NCBI GenBank assembly: GCA_963696385.1
Contig: CAVOKF010000004.1
Span: 1 to 64,000, forward strand
Length of the DNA: 64,000 nucleotides
Direction: 5' to 3'
DNA from: an uncultured delta proteobacterium
GTDB taxonomy: Bacteria; Myxococcota_A; Polyangia; Polyangiales; Polyangiaceae
Shown: positions 28,832 through 38,312 of the stretch, one piece after another
Numbering within the stretch: the first letter of the stretch is position 1
Layout of the letters: the number at the start of each line of letters is the position of its first letter
Made by a program: the position numbers and the translations under genes
The notes under the pieces: generated by a model
Databases searched by the model: none
What the model was told of the DNA's origin: nothing
The model's input: the letters and a program-made list of their open reading frames with translations, nothing else

Positions 28832-29872
28832 CTATTTGTCGACGAAGTAAATGTCGTTCACCCAGAGGTCGAACGCCACGCCCTGGCTCACTAGAAATTG
28901 GCAGCCCATCATGTTCGACGGATCAAAGGGCAAGCCGTCCGGCAACGCATACGACGGGCGTTCGAGATCCGCATAACTGACGGTGAAGCTCTGCCATGCG
29001 TTCGTCAATGTGAGCGTAAAGCCGTAGTAGGCGTTGCACGTGCCTCCGTCGCAGACACCGCCGCCCGAAACCAGAGTCGTATTCTTGTCCAGCACATTGA
29101 AACGCACGATCGTGGTGGCGGCGTCGCCCAGGGCACGGGCCCAGAAGGTGAAACCTTGGTACGCCGACGCATCGTAGGGGTGTGGGGTCGTTGGTGAGGC
29201 ATTCAAGCTAAAGCCCATACCGGCGCCGTAGCTGGTGAAGCCGCTGTTGGCGGTGATGTGAGCCGCATGGACGGCCGTGCCTCGACCCCCGGGAATCACG
29301 GAAATGATCATCGACGACACACTGCCGGCGGGAGGGACCAATACGCCTCCCGCGGTGCCGTCGTCGAAATCGAACCAGCTGCCCGCGAGGCCCGGCCCAT
29401 CCAGAGAGCCGACGGGGACTCCCACCGCTTCCATGTCGTCGATGAGCACCAACCCCGGACTCGGCGCATCCGGCGGCGCGTCGACCCCGGCCCCATCGGC
29501 GAATCCGCCTGCATCCGCCGGCGCGTCGGTCGGGTACGCGTCGGGCGTCGCATCGAGGGTCGTGGCGTTGAGTTTTCCCGCAGAACTTCCCGTCCCACCG
29601 CCGGAGCTTTGCCCAGTGGAGTTGCCACTCGACCCGGGGCCGCTTGTTCCAGTGCTGCTGCCACTGCTCGATCCAGAACTGCCACCGTCCGAGAGCGCGG
29701 ACGCACTTCCGCCGCTCGAGCCCGGTCCGCTGGTGCTCGATCCCGACGTGCTGGCACCCCCGCTGGTACCTGCGTCGTCGTCCACCGCTGGGGGCACATC
29801 GGTCAGGCCCGCCAGCTGCGTGCACGCCGCCGCCACGACGGTCAGTAGCGAGAGCGCTGGCATGCGCTTCAT
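28832..29872 (-). CDS. Lipoprotein with Ser/Gly linker and carbohydrate-binding-like (CBM11-like) domain
   Basis: Lipobox AAAC; LIDDME...GSWFDFDD, YDASAYQGFTFWAR, FDLWVNDIYF. Confidence 0.7.
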   Translation of the reverse strand: MKRMPALSLLTVVAAACTQLAGLTDVPPAVDDDAGTSGGASTSGSSTSGPGSSGGSASALSDGGSSGSSSGSSTGTSGPGSSGNSTGQSSGGGTGSSAGKLNATTLDATPDAYPTDAPADAGGFADGAGVDAPPDAPSPGLVLIDDMEAVGVPVGSLDGPGLAGSWFDFDDGTAGGVLVPPAGSVSSMIISVIPGGRGTAVHAAHITANSGFTSYGAGMGFSLNASPTTPHPYDASAYQGFTFWARALGDAATTIVRFNVLDKNTTLVSGGGVCDGGTCNAYYGFTLTLTNAWQSFTVSYADLERPSYALPDGLPFDPSNMMGCQFLVSQGVAFDLWVNDIYFVDK

Positions 29873-29874
29873 CG

Positions 29875-30744
29875 TCAGAACTCCCCTCGGATCGACAGAG
29901 AGCCGCCTCCCGGCCCCACGGCGGGCCAGAGGACCAGCCCGGTACTCGCAGGCGCCGTCGGCGTGTGGCCCGTGGCAAAGAAGAGCACGGCTCCGCTCAC
30001 GACGAGGGCTCCGCCCGCAATGAACGCCGCCGTAGAGATTGTGCCGTCGGTGACGGCCGCCGAGTGATCGTCGTTGCCCAGGACGTTGCCCTTGTTCGTA
30101 CAAGTCGTCTGCGGGCAATCCAACTTTTGCTTGTTCACTTCGGAGTAGGTCTGCAACCCGAACACGCTGCCCACGACGATGCCAGCCAGCCCCACGACTC
30201 CACTTCCAATACCCACGATCTGCGGCCCACGAAGCCCCGGTCCCGGCGCGGGCGGCGCCGGCGGGGCCGCCGGCGGCGGCTCGGCCTTCAAGACGACGGC
30301 AATCTTGAAGTTTCGGTCGCCCTCGTTCACCTGCAGCACCTGCTCGACGCTCGTGCCATCGTCCCGCTCGAAGCGGAACGTATGCACGCCCGGGTTCACC
30401 GGCACCGCGGACCCATCGAGCTTGGCTACAAGGGGCCGGCCGTCGATGCTGACCGCGACGTCGAACACGCTCGATCCGGTCGCATCCGTGGCCGTGACGA
30501 CCACCGTCGGGATGCTTTTCTCCACGGCGTCCAGCCACCCGGCACAGTCGGTCCGCATGCTCGCCGGACAATGCTTCTGCGCGCACACTCGGAAGTCCTC
30601 CCGTGCTTCGACGAGCTTGTGCTCGTCGCGCAGCGTCTGCCCCTGGGACGCCGCGTCGAAGCAGGCAGCCCTGTCTTCGGCCAGGGCCTCGGCACTGAAG
30701 AGCGCGGCGGCAACGCCGAGGCCGATGAGCAACGGGAGCTTCAT
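29875..30744 (-). CDS. Myxobacterial kinase-associated exported protein (PEGA-like domain, C-terminal TM segments)
   Basis: Signal peptide; GQTLRDEHKLVEAREDFRVCA..CP, VSIDG, VNPGVHTFRF; typical neighbour of Pkn kinases. Confidence 0.7.
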   Translation of the reverse strand: MKLPLLIGLGVAAALFSAEALAEDRAACFDAASQGQTLRDEHKLVEAREDFRVCAQKHCPASMRTDCAGWLDAVEKSIPTVVVTATDATGSSVFDVAVSIDGRPLVAKLDGSAVPVNPGVHTFRFERDDGTSVEQVLQVNEGDRNFKIAVVLKAEPPPAAPPAPPAPGPGLRGPQIVGIGSGVVGLAGIVVGSVFGLQTYSEVNKQKLDCPQTTCTNKGNVLGNDDHSAAVTDGTISTAAFIAGGALVVSGAVLFFATGHTPTAPASTGLVLWPAVGPGGGSLSIRGEF

Positions 30745-30752
30745 GGGACTTG

Positions 30753-32288
30753 CTACGGACATTCGGGCTTGTATTGCCGGTGGCCCGCCGAATCAACGAT
30801 GTAGGGCGGGTTGCAGTTGGGAGGGGGCTTGGAGGGGGGGGCGGCGGGCGCCGACGGCGCCGCGGACGGAGCGGAGGCCGGCACACCGGAATGCCCTGAA
30901 GGCGTCGCGTGCGGCGCTGCGGGCCCCAGGACCGGTAGTTCGGCCGCGTGGGGCTTGGCCCGCACCCCGACGACCGGCAGGGGGGCAAGAGGCGCGGCCG
31001 ACAGCGCCATATCGGCCACGATGGTGGCTTGAGGGACAGGCGGAAGGGGCGCGGGCGGCACGGTTGCCGGTGGCGAGATCGTGGCCTCCGGCGTCCCAGA
31101 CGCCATGCCGGCCGTCGGAGACGATGGGATGGCGGTCGTCGTAGACGGTGGGATGGGAGAACGGCGCGCGAACCAAAGGACCGTCCCGCCCATAGCGCTG
31201 ACGGCCACGACGCCGACGAGGCCCAGAGCCGCCGTCCTTCCGCGCACGGAGGTCGTCGCCGTCCGGCCGAGCGGAGCCACGGTCTCCGGGACAGTCCTCG
31301 TCGCCACCCCCGGCTGCGGTGAGAGCGGCAGGGCCAGGGCGCTCGCCGAAAGCCCCGCCGACTGGAGGATCCCCATGGTGCGCTCGACCGAGACCTTGGC
31401 GCGCTTGGGCCCGAACTCCAGCAAAGCCACCGCCAACTCGCCCACATTGCGGTACCGCTCACGACGATCCTTCTGCAAGCATTTGCCCACGATCGTCTCG
31501 AGCCCGACCGGCACATCCGGTCGAAAAGTCCGAATCGCCGGCGCCGGCTCGTGGGCGACCTTGATCGCCAATTCGGTCACCGTATCGCCGAGAAAGGGCG
31601 CGCGACCCGTCATCAGCTCGAAGAGGATGACGCCGAGCGCCCAAAGGTCCGTCTGCGTGTCGACGTCTTTGGCCGAGCGCATTTGCTCGGGCGACATGTA
31701 CAGCGGAGAGCCCATCAAGGAAGCCGTCCGAGTGGCCGGCCCCGAAGCCAACCCGCTCCGGTCGAGCATCTTCGAGATGCCGAAGTCGAGCACCTTGATC
31801 GACAGCTGCCCGTCCGAACGTCGGACGCAGAAGAGGTTGCCCGGCTTGAGGTCCCGGTGAACGATGCCGAGCGCGTGCGCATCGGCCAGAGCGACACACG
31901 CCTGAAGCACGAACTCGACCGCCTGCTCGATCGGCAGAACACCCCGCTGCTTGAGCCACGCGGCCAGATCCCCGCCTTCCAGGTACTCCATCACGATGTA
32001 GGGCGCGCCGTTCGGAAGCGTGCCGACATCAATGATCCGCGCGACGTGCTCGCTCTTGATCTTCACCGCCGCGCGCGCTTCCCGCGCGAACCGGGCGACG
32101 GCGTCGGAGTTGCCGAGCGCCTCGGGCAAGAGGAACTTCAGCGCCACTCGCTCGTCGAGCTGGATGTGGTGGGCCGCCACGACGACGCCCATGCCCCCAG
32201 CGCCAAGCACCCGCTCGACGCGGTATTTGCCGGCGAGGACGTCGCCCTCCCGAATGCCTGCCGCTGACTCAAGACCCCGATTCATCAT
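30753..32288 (-). CDS. Ser/Thr protein kinase (Pkn type, membrane-anchored)
   Basis: LGAGGMGVV, VALK, HRDLKPGN, DFG, YMSPE, DLWALG; C-terminal NCNPPY...YKPEC. Confidence 0.95.
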   Translation of the reverse strand: MMNRGLESAAGIREGDVLAGKYRVERVLGAGGMGVVVAAHHIQLDERVALKFLLPEALGNSDAVARFAREARAAVKIKSEHVARIIDVGTLPNGAPYIVMEYLEGGDLAAWLKQRGVLPIEQAVEFVLQACVALADAHALGIVHRDLKPGNLFCVRRSDGQLSIKVLDFGISKMLDRSGLASGPATRTASLMGSPLYMSPEQMRSAKDVDTQTDLWALGVILFELMTGRAPFLGDTVTELAIKVAHEPAPAIRTFRPDVPVGLETIVGKCLQKDRRERYRNVGELAVALLEFGPKRAKVSVERTMGILQSAGLSASALALPLSPQPGVATRTVPETVAPLGRTATTSVRGRTAALGLVGVVAVSAMGGTVLWFARRSPIPPSTTTAIPSSPTAGMASGTPEATISPPATVPPAPLPPVPQATIVADMALSAAPLAPLPVVGVRAKPHAAELPVLGPAAPHATPSGHSGVPASAPSAAPSAPAAPPSKPPPNCNPPYIVDSAGHRQYKPECP

Positions 32289-32490
32289 GACCGCCCAGGC
32301 CGACGAGCCGAAGGCCCCTTCCATCGGACGCCCCGGCCGAACGATTGCGCAGCTCATCGGCTTTTGCCGAGTTCGTCAAGGCAGGCCGAGGAGCGGTGGA
32401 GGGCAAGCCAGGACGACGCACGAACGGTGCTTGCATAAATTTCTGGCCCCGTATCGCGGATCCGAAGCGCGAGCTTCGGCGAAGCGGCAA

Positions 32491-33162
32491 TCAACGCGAC
32501 AAGCTGCCCTCCACTTCGTACTGACAGCCCGTGCGGTCGGTGAACGTCTCGGTGATCTCGAGTGACGCCCCCGAGGGCTGAACTTCGACCGATGTGAACT
32601 GCCGATCGAGGGGTTGACCCGTCGGTGCGCACGTTTGTGGGGCCGAGACGAGCCGCGCCACCCCGTCGCTCACGAACATGGCGAGCGAGCAGCCCAGGCC
32701 GGCGTCGAAGAGCAAGTCCGCGTCGCCGGCTTCGGTCGCGCCGGGCCCCAGTCGGAACGTCACCGTGACTCCGATCGGGTTCGCCTGAGCGGACTCGGTG
32801 GAGCACACGAAAGTCTCCGTTCCGGTCAGCGTCCACGTGCCGACCCAGAAGTCGGCCCCGCTCTCCGCCCCGCTTGCGTCCCGGACGGCGGGGACCGAGG
32901 CATCGTCGGTCGCGTCGACGGGTGGACCCTCGACGCCGGCGCCGCAGGTGCACGAAGCGTCTACGGCGCCATCCACACGGCATGCGGGCGCGCCATCCTT
33001 GGGTAAACAGAAGCACGGAGGCCCGGGGTCCCCCACGCAGTACACGACATCGGTCGTGTCCACCGCGGCATCCGCTTCGGTGGCGGGTTCGTGCCGCCGA
33101 GAACAGGCGAGGATCATCACGCATTCGATAGCGATCCCAATGAACCGTCGGGTGCGGGGCAT
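32491..33162 (-). CDS. Hypothetical Cys-rich lipoprotein
   Basis: ILAC lipobox-like motif; Cys cluster; beta-rich C-terminus. Confidence 0.5.
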   Translation of the reverse strand: MPRTRRFIGIAIECVMILACSRRHEPATEADAAVDTTDVVYCVGDPGPPCFCLPKDGAPACRVDGAVDASCTCGAGVEGPPVDATDDASVPAVRDASGAESGADFWVGTWTLTGTETFVCSTESAQANPIGVTVTFRLGPGATEAGDADLLFDAGLGCSLAMFVSDGVARLVSAPQTCAPTGQPLDRQFTSVEVQPSGASLEITETFTDRTGCQYEVEGSLSR

Positions 33163-33472
33163 GGTGCTCGATCTCCACGGCGTTCAGCCGATTTCCAAAT
33201 TCCGAAAACACGATTGCGACCGACCCGCGTCGATCGTGCCTATTCGCACGAGGCGTGATCGAAACGCCGGTCGTCCGTTCAAGAGCGCGCGAGGTCAGCG
33301 CGTCCCCGGAGGGCTTCGGCTCGAAAGCGCGTTAGGCGGACGGCGGTCCGCGAATCGGGGCTGGGGTCATGGGTTCGCCTTTAGCAAGCGGCGCGCCACC
33401 CGTGTTTGGCCTGCGCAGCGCGGCCAACTGCATGAAATCGTTGATTCGGAATCGACGCGAGTCCACGAAAAC

Positions 33473-33489
33473 TGGTCAATGCGTGACCA
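33473..33489. promoter_or_regulatory. Palindromic GGTCA-N5-TGACC box upstream of virD4
   Basis: TGGTCA-ATGCG-TGACCA preceded by GAAAAC, as at 28681. Confidence 0.35.
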
Positions 33490-33745
33490 TGTACGGTCGG
33501 CGATCGACCGGTTTCCTCTCTCGAATGCCACTTGCCACCGATCGCGCGGCAGCGACGAAATGAGCGCGCCACACCACGGTCGCCCGCGCCGCTCCCGCAC
33601 CGGATGCAAGCTAATGGGACGGATATCGCGTTTGACAAATGAGAATACCGGATTCAGATTGGCGTCGCTCCGAGCGTCGACCGCATTCCGGCGAGTCGGC
33701 GCTCCGACTCGGGGCGAGCGTTCTCGAGGATCGCGCGGAGGACCC

Positions 33746-35798
33746 ATGCGTGTGTTGGCGCTCTTGTCGCTCTTCGTGCTGTCTCTGGCCGGCCTCTGGG
33801 CCTCGACCGAGTACGTCGCCGCCAAGCTTCACGACCCACCCGAGATCGGGGTGCCCTGGGCCGTCGTCGGATCGTGGCCTCTCTACCCGCCCTGGGGGTG
33901 GCTCCTCTGGAGCCCGATCGCCGAGTCGCTTGCACCCACCGTCTTTCGCGACGCGAGCGGCATCACGACGATCGGGGCGATCGCCGGGTGCGCGGCTGCC
34001 GCCCTCGCAGCCGTATGCCGCAAGCCCACCGGCCCGAGTCGCTCGCACGGGAGTTCTCGCTGGGCCACGGCGACCGAGATGCGACGGGCGGGACTCTTGC
34101 GCGAGGCCGGCGTCGTCCTCGGCCAAACAAGTGACGCCGTCTTTCGACACACGGTCGACGCCGCCGGCCGAACACAGACCGTCTTTCGCAAAGCAGGCCG
34201 CCTCATCCGTCACGACGGCCCCGAGCACGTCTTCTGCTTCGCCCCCACCCGATCGGGTAAGGGTGTCGGCCTGGTCGTCCCAACGCTCCTGAGCTGGCCG
34301 CACTCGGTCCTCGTCTACGACATCAAGAAGGAAAACTGGGCGCTTACCGCGGGCTGGCGCCGCCAATTCAGCCGCGTCTGGCGCTTCGAGCCGACGGCCC
34401 TCGATTCGCTGCGCTTCAATCCGCTCCTGGAAATTCGGAAGGGTTGGAACGAGGTGCGCGACGCCCAGAACGTCGCCGATCTGCTCGTCGACCCCGCCGG
34501 AGAGAAAGACACCCGCGACCACTGGCAAACGACCGCCCACAGTCTGCTCACCGGCGCCATCGTGCATGTCCTCTACGCCGAGAGCGACAAGACGCTGTCC
34601 GGCGTCGCTCGATTCCTGTCCAACCCCGACGCCACCCAGACGCAAACGCTCGAGCGGATGCTCGAGACTCCGCACCTCGGCGACGCGCCCCATCCCGCCG
34701 TGGCCCAGGCTGCGCGCGAGATGCTGAGCAAGAGCGAGAACGAACTCTCGGGCGTCTTCTCGACCGCCCTGGCGTGTCTCGGCCTCTACCGCGATCCGGT
34801 CGTCGCCCGAAACACGTCGGCGAGCGACTTTCGCATCGCCGACGTCATGAACGCCGAGGCCCCGGTAAGCCTCTACCTCGTCGTGCCGCCGAGCGATTCT
34901 CGCGCGCACCCGCCCCATCATCCGCCTGATGCTCAACCAAATCGGCCGCCGCCTCACCGAGTCCCTGCAGGTCGGCAGCCGCACGGCGTACAAGCACCGG
35001 CTGCTTCTACTGCTCGACGAATTCCCGTCGCTCGGCCGGCTCGAGTTCTTCGAGAGCGGCCTGGCGTTCATGGCTGGCTACGGGCTCAAGGCGTTCCTCG
35101 TCGCGCAGTCGCTCCATCAGCTGGAGAAAGCCTACGGACCGAACCACTCGATTCTCGACAACTGTCACGTCCGCATCGCCTACGCCCCGAACGACGACAA
35201 GACGGCCAAGCGCGTCTCGGACCTGCTTGGCCAAGCCACGGAAAAGAAGACGCACCGAAGCTATTCCGGATCGGGGCTTGTCCTCACGCACCGCACCGAA
35301 AGCGAGCAGGAGTTCGGGCGGCCGTTGCTGACACCGGCGGAGGTCACCCAGCTGCCGCAAGACGACGGGATTCTGCTCGTGGGGGGCCTATGGCCCTATC
35401 GGGCCCGTAAGGTGCGCTACTTTCTCGACCCGCGATTCAAAGGTCGCGACGTCCTGCCGCCTCCCGATCGTCCCGAGGACCAGGCGCGAGAGCCACTGGG
35501 CCCAGTGACGAGCGACTGGGACGGGATCGGCGTCACGCTGCCGCCGGCTGAGCCTTCGAGTCCGGGTGTCTCGATTTTCGACACCGAAAGGACCGCGCGC
35601 CCGCCGGTCGCTCCGGAGAGCGATGAAGCCGCGGACCATCCGACAGAGGCCCGGACGCCGGGGCGTCCGGTGGCGGCCAGCGCCACGGCCGAGGGCGTTT
35701 CGGAGCGCTTCTTTGTCGCGCGAGGTCCGGCGACGCGCGAGGCCCACGAGGTCGAAGCCCTGCCCTTTCCCACCGCCAAGAAGGAGATGCCGGTATGA
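33746..35798 (+). CDS. traG: VirD4/TraG type IV coupling protein (frameshift at ~34897)
   Basis: HGSSRWA, FAPTRSGKGVGLVVP, YDIKKENW, LLLLDEFPSLG, ILDNCHVR, RPLLTPAEV. Confidence 0.92.
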
Positions 35799-36265
35799 CC
35801 AAGACCGTCCGTCGCGGCCGCGTACGGCTGCTGCCCTACGTCGATCCGGCCCTCGCTCAGCGCGTCGACCAATTCTGTGCGGCGACCGACGTGACGGTGA
35901 GTGCTGTCGTCGCGGCCGCTATCGGGCAGTACCTCGATGGTACGAGCGACGCGACGCTCGTCTTGCGACGCCTGGACCGGCTCGGCCGCGCCGTCGCTCG
36001 CAACCAACGAGACGTGGAGCTGTTGTCGGAAGCGTTCGCCGTGTTCGTACGTCTCTGGTTTGCGCATACGCCGGCGATCCCCGAAGCTGCGAAGGGCTCC
36101 GTACGCGCGAGCGCCGAGAGCCGGTACCGGCAATTCGTCGAGCACGTCGCCGAACAGTTCTCCGGCGGCCACCGCTTTCTCGACGACTTGCCGCACGAAG
36201 CGATCGGCGACGAAGGCGAGCTCGCCGCGGTGGCCGAATCCGCCGCTCTACAACCCCAAAAGTGA
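35795..36265 (+). CDS. CopG/ribbon-helix-helix protein of Tn4371-type ICEs
   Basis: SAVVAAAI..., RRLDRLGR, EAFAVFVRLWFAHTP, RYRQFVE; ATGA-coupled to traG. Confidence 0.8.
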   Translation: MTKTVRRGRVRLLPYVDPALAQRVDQFCAATDVTVSAVVAAAIGQYLDGTSDATLVLRRLDRLGRAVARNQRDVELLSEAFAVFVRLWFAHTPAIPEAAKGSVRASAESRYRQFVEHVAEQFSGGHRFLDDLPHEAIGDEGELAAVAESAALQPQK

Positions 36266-36432
36266 GCCGGATCGATCCCGACCGTGAGAAGGCCGACCCC
36301 CTTCCAGCGGGGCTGACTGGGGCGGTGGCCGCGTCACCCTCGGGACAGGACCGGGTCACCCGACGCGGATGGCTTTCGCCGTGAAATCCAGTCGCGTGAG
36401 CGTGGCACGAAAATGGGCGTGTTCGAGCGCCC

Positions 36433-38136
36433 GTGGCCGCTCTCGCGCCCGCCTACGTTCCCCGTCGCCCGACCGAAACGGTCCTGTACGGATTGGTGCG
36501 CGAGAATCTGGAATCGTTTCTCGCGTACGCGCGCGAGAACTACGAGGGAGGGCTACCCCGCTACGTGGAAGCGGAGCTGCGCGCGTACTTGAATTGCGGC
36601 GTATTTGCGTGCGGATTTACGCGCTGCCACTGCGACTCATGCGGCCACGACTTGCTTGTGGCTTTTTCGTGCAAGGGAAGATCTCTCTGCCCCAGCTGCT
36701 GCGGCAGGCGTATGGCCAACACGGCTGCCCACTTGGTCGATCGAGTCTTGCCCGACGTCCCTGTGCGGCAATACGTTCTGTCGCTCCCGTACGAGCTTCG
36801 CAAGCTTGCGGCGTTCAAGGCCGACGTTCTCACAGCCCTGGGCCGCATCTTCGTCGAGGCCATCTTTGCCCGCTACCGCGCTCGCGCCCAGCGCGAGGGC
36901 CTCGAGGATGCGCAGTGCGGAGCGGTAACCTTTGTTCAACGCTTCGGCAGTTTGAATCTCAACGTGCATTTTCACGTGTTGGTGCTCGATGGCGTCGTCA
37001 CCCGGGACCCGGACCGTCGTGTGCTCTTTCATCCGGCGGCCGCTCCGACGCCGGTCGAGCTCGAGGTGCTGGTGGACCGCGTGATGAACCGTAGCGTGGC
37101 GTGGCTGCGCCGCCACGGCCATGTGCAGGACACGCCGCTCGAAGAGCGCTCGAACGAGCCGCCGGCGCAGACTGCCCTCGACGCGTGCGCGGACATCGCC
37201 ATGGGCCGCGGCACAGTCGCAACCTTGTCGAACGACGACGACGGGTCGAAAGACGATGACCGCGAGGCGCGGCCCGACGGGCTCGTCGGCGCGGTCGAGC
37301 GAGACGGGTTTAATGTGCATGCCGGGGTCCGGATCGAAGCGGGCGACCATCTGGGTCGCGAACGACTGGCGCGCTACGGCGCGCGACCTCCGCTCTCGCT
37401 CGAGCGCCTTCGTAGGTTGCCCGGCGGGCGGGTGGCCTATCGACTCAAGTACGTCCGTCGCGGCCGAGGCAAGTACAGAATCATGACTGGCCTGGAGTTC
37501 ATGGCCCGCTTGAGCGCGATCATTGCGCCGCCTCGGTATCCGTTGGTGCGCTACAGCGGAGTGCTCGGGCCACACTCGAGCTGGCGACGCGACGTGGTGC
37601 CGAAGCCGCGCGAGACGGCTCCCGCCTGCCACCGCGCGCCTACCCCACCGCTGAGCCCGGCCAAGCCGGTCACCGGCGCAATGACGCATCCGGGCTCGGC
37701 GCTTCCCGGGGCGGCGGCGCCGACAGCGGGCAAAGTCGAGAGTGCTCCGGCGCCGGCCGCCAGTTCCTCGACGAAGACGGGTCTGTCCGCGCTCCCCATC
37801 TTCGCGCATCGGGGCGAGGTCATCCCGCTCACGCCGAATGTGCTTGCTGTCAGCCACTGGGAACGGCTGCTCGGCGGCGCCATCTACGCGGCCTCGCCGC
37901 GCGTGGACTGGCCCACGCTCTTGAAACGAACGTTTGACGTGGACGTTCTGCAATGTCCGAAGTGCCACGGCCGACTGCGGGTGCTCGCCGTGATCACCGA
38001 GCGCGAGCCGGTGCGCCAGGTCCTCGCCCATCTCGGCCTGCCGACCGAGGCGCCGCCCGTCGCCCGGGCGCGCGACCCGACTGACGACGCGCAAGACGCC
38101 GAGCCGTCGGATCAACTCGAGCTGCAGCTCGCGTGA
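36433..38136 (+). CDS. IS91-family (HUH, rolling-circle) transposase with N-terminal zinc-binding domain
   Basis: CG...CxxC...AFSCKGRSLCPSC, RQYVLSLP, NLNVHFHVL (HUH), ERLARYGARP, RYSGVL, CPKC. Confidence 0.92.
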   Translation: MAALAPAYVPRRPTETVLYGLVRENLESFLAYARENYEGGLPRYVEAELRAYLNCGVFACGFTRCHCDSCGHDLLVAFSCKGRSLCPSCCGRRMANTAAHLVDRVLPDVPVRQYVLSLPYELRKLAAFKADVLTALGRIFVEAIFARYRARAQREGLEDAQCGAVTFVQRFGSLNLNVHFHVLVLDGVVTRDPDRRVLFHPAAAPTPVELEVLVDRVMNRSVAWLRRHGHVQDTPLEERSNEPPAQTALDACADIAMGRGTVATLSNDDDGSKDDDREARPDGLVGAVERDGFNVHAGVRIEAGDHLGRERLARYGARPPLSLERLRRLPGGRVAYRLKYVRRGRGKYRIMTGLEFMARLSAIIAPPRYPLVRYSGVLGPHSSWRRDVVPKPRETAPACHRAPTPPLSPAKPVTGAMTHPGSALPGAAAPTAGKVESAPAPAASSSTKTGLSALPIFAHRGEVIPLTPNVLAVSHWERLLGGAIYAASPRVDWPTLLKRTFDVDVLQCPKCHGRLRVLAVITEREPVRQVLAHLGLPTEAPPVARARDPTDDAQDAEPSDQLELQLA

Positions 38137-38202
38137 ACGACCGGCCCCGAGAGCGGCGCGCCGATGCGGCGCCGCGCGGGCGACGTGCGCTTTGAATCTG
38201 TT

Positions 38203-38312
38203 CAAATCGGTTCGCCGATTCAGCGATAACGAACGCCCCTAAGACGCGATATGTTTCCGCGCCCGCTTCCGCGGCTCTTCGTCGACCGACGCACTTTGGG
38301 CTTACTACTCGC
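38203..38312 (+). repeat. ~110-bp dif-like cassette-boundary element, copy A1
   Basis: CAAATCGGTTCGCCGATT...AACGCCCCTAA-GACGCG-ATATGTTTCCG...CTACTCGC. Confidence 0.9.

Noticed and set aside
36402..36420. Sigma54 promoter before the IS91 transposase
   Set aside because: TGGCACG is present but the -12 GC is off by one base.
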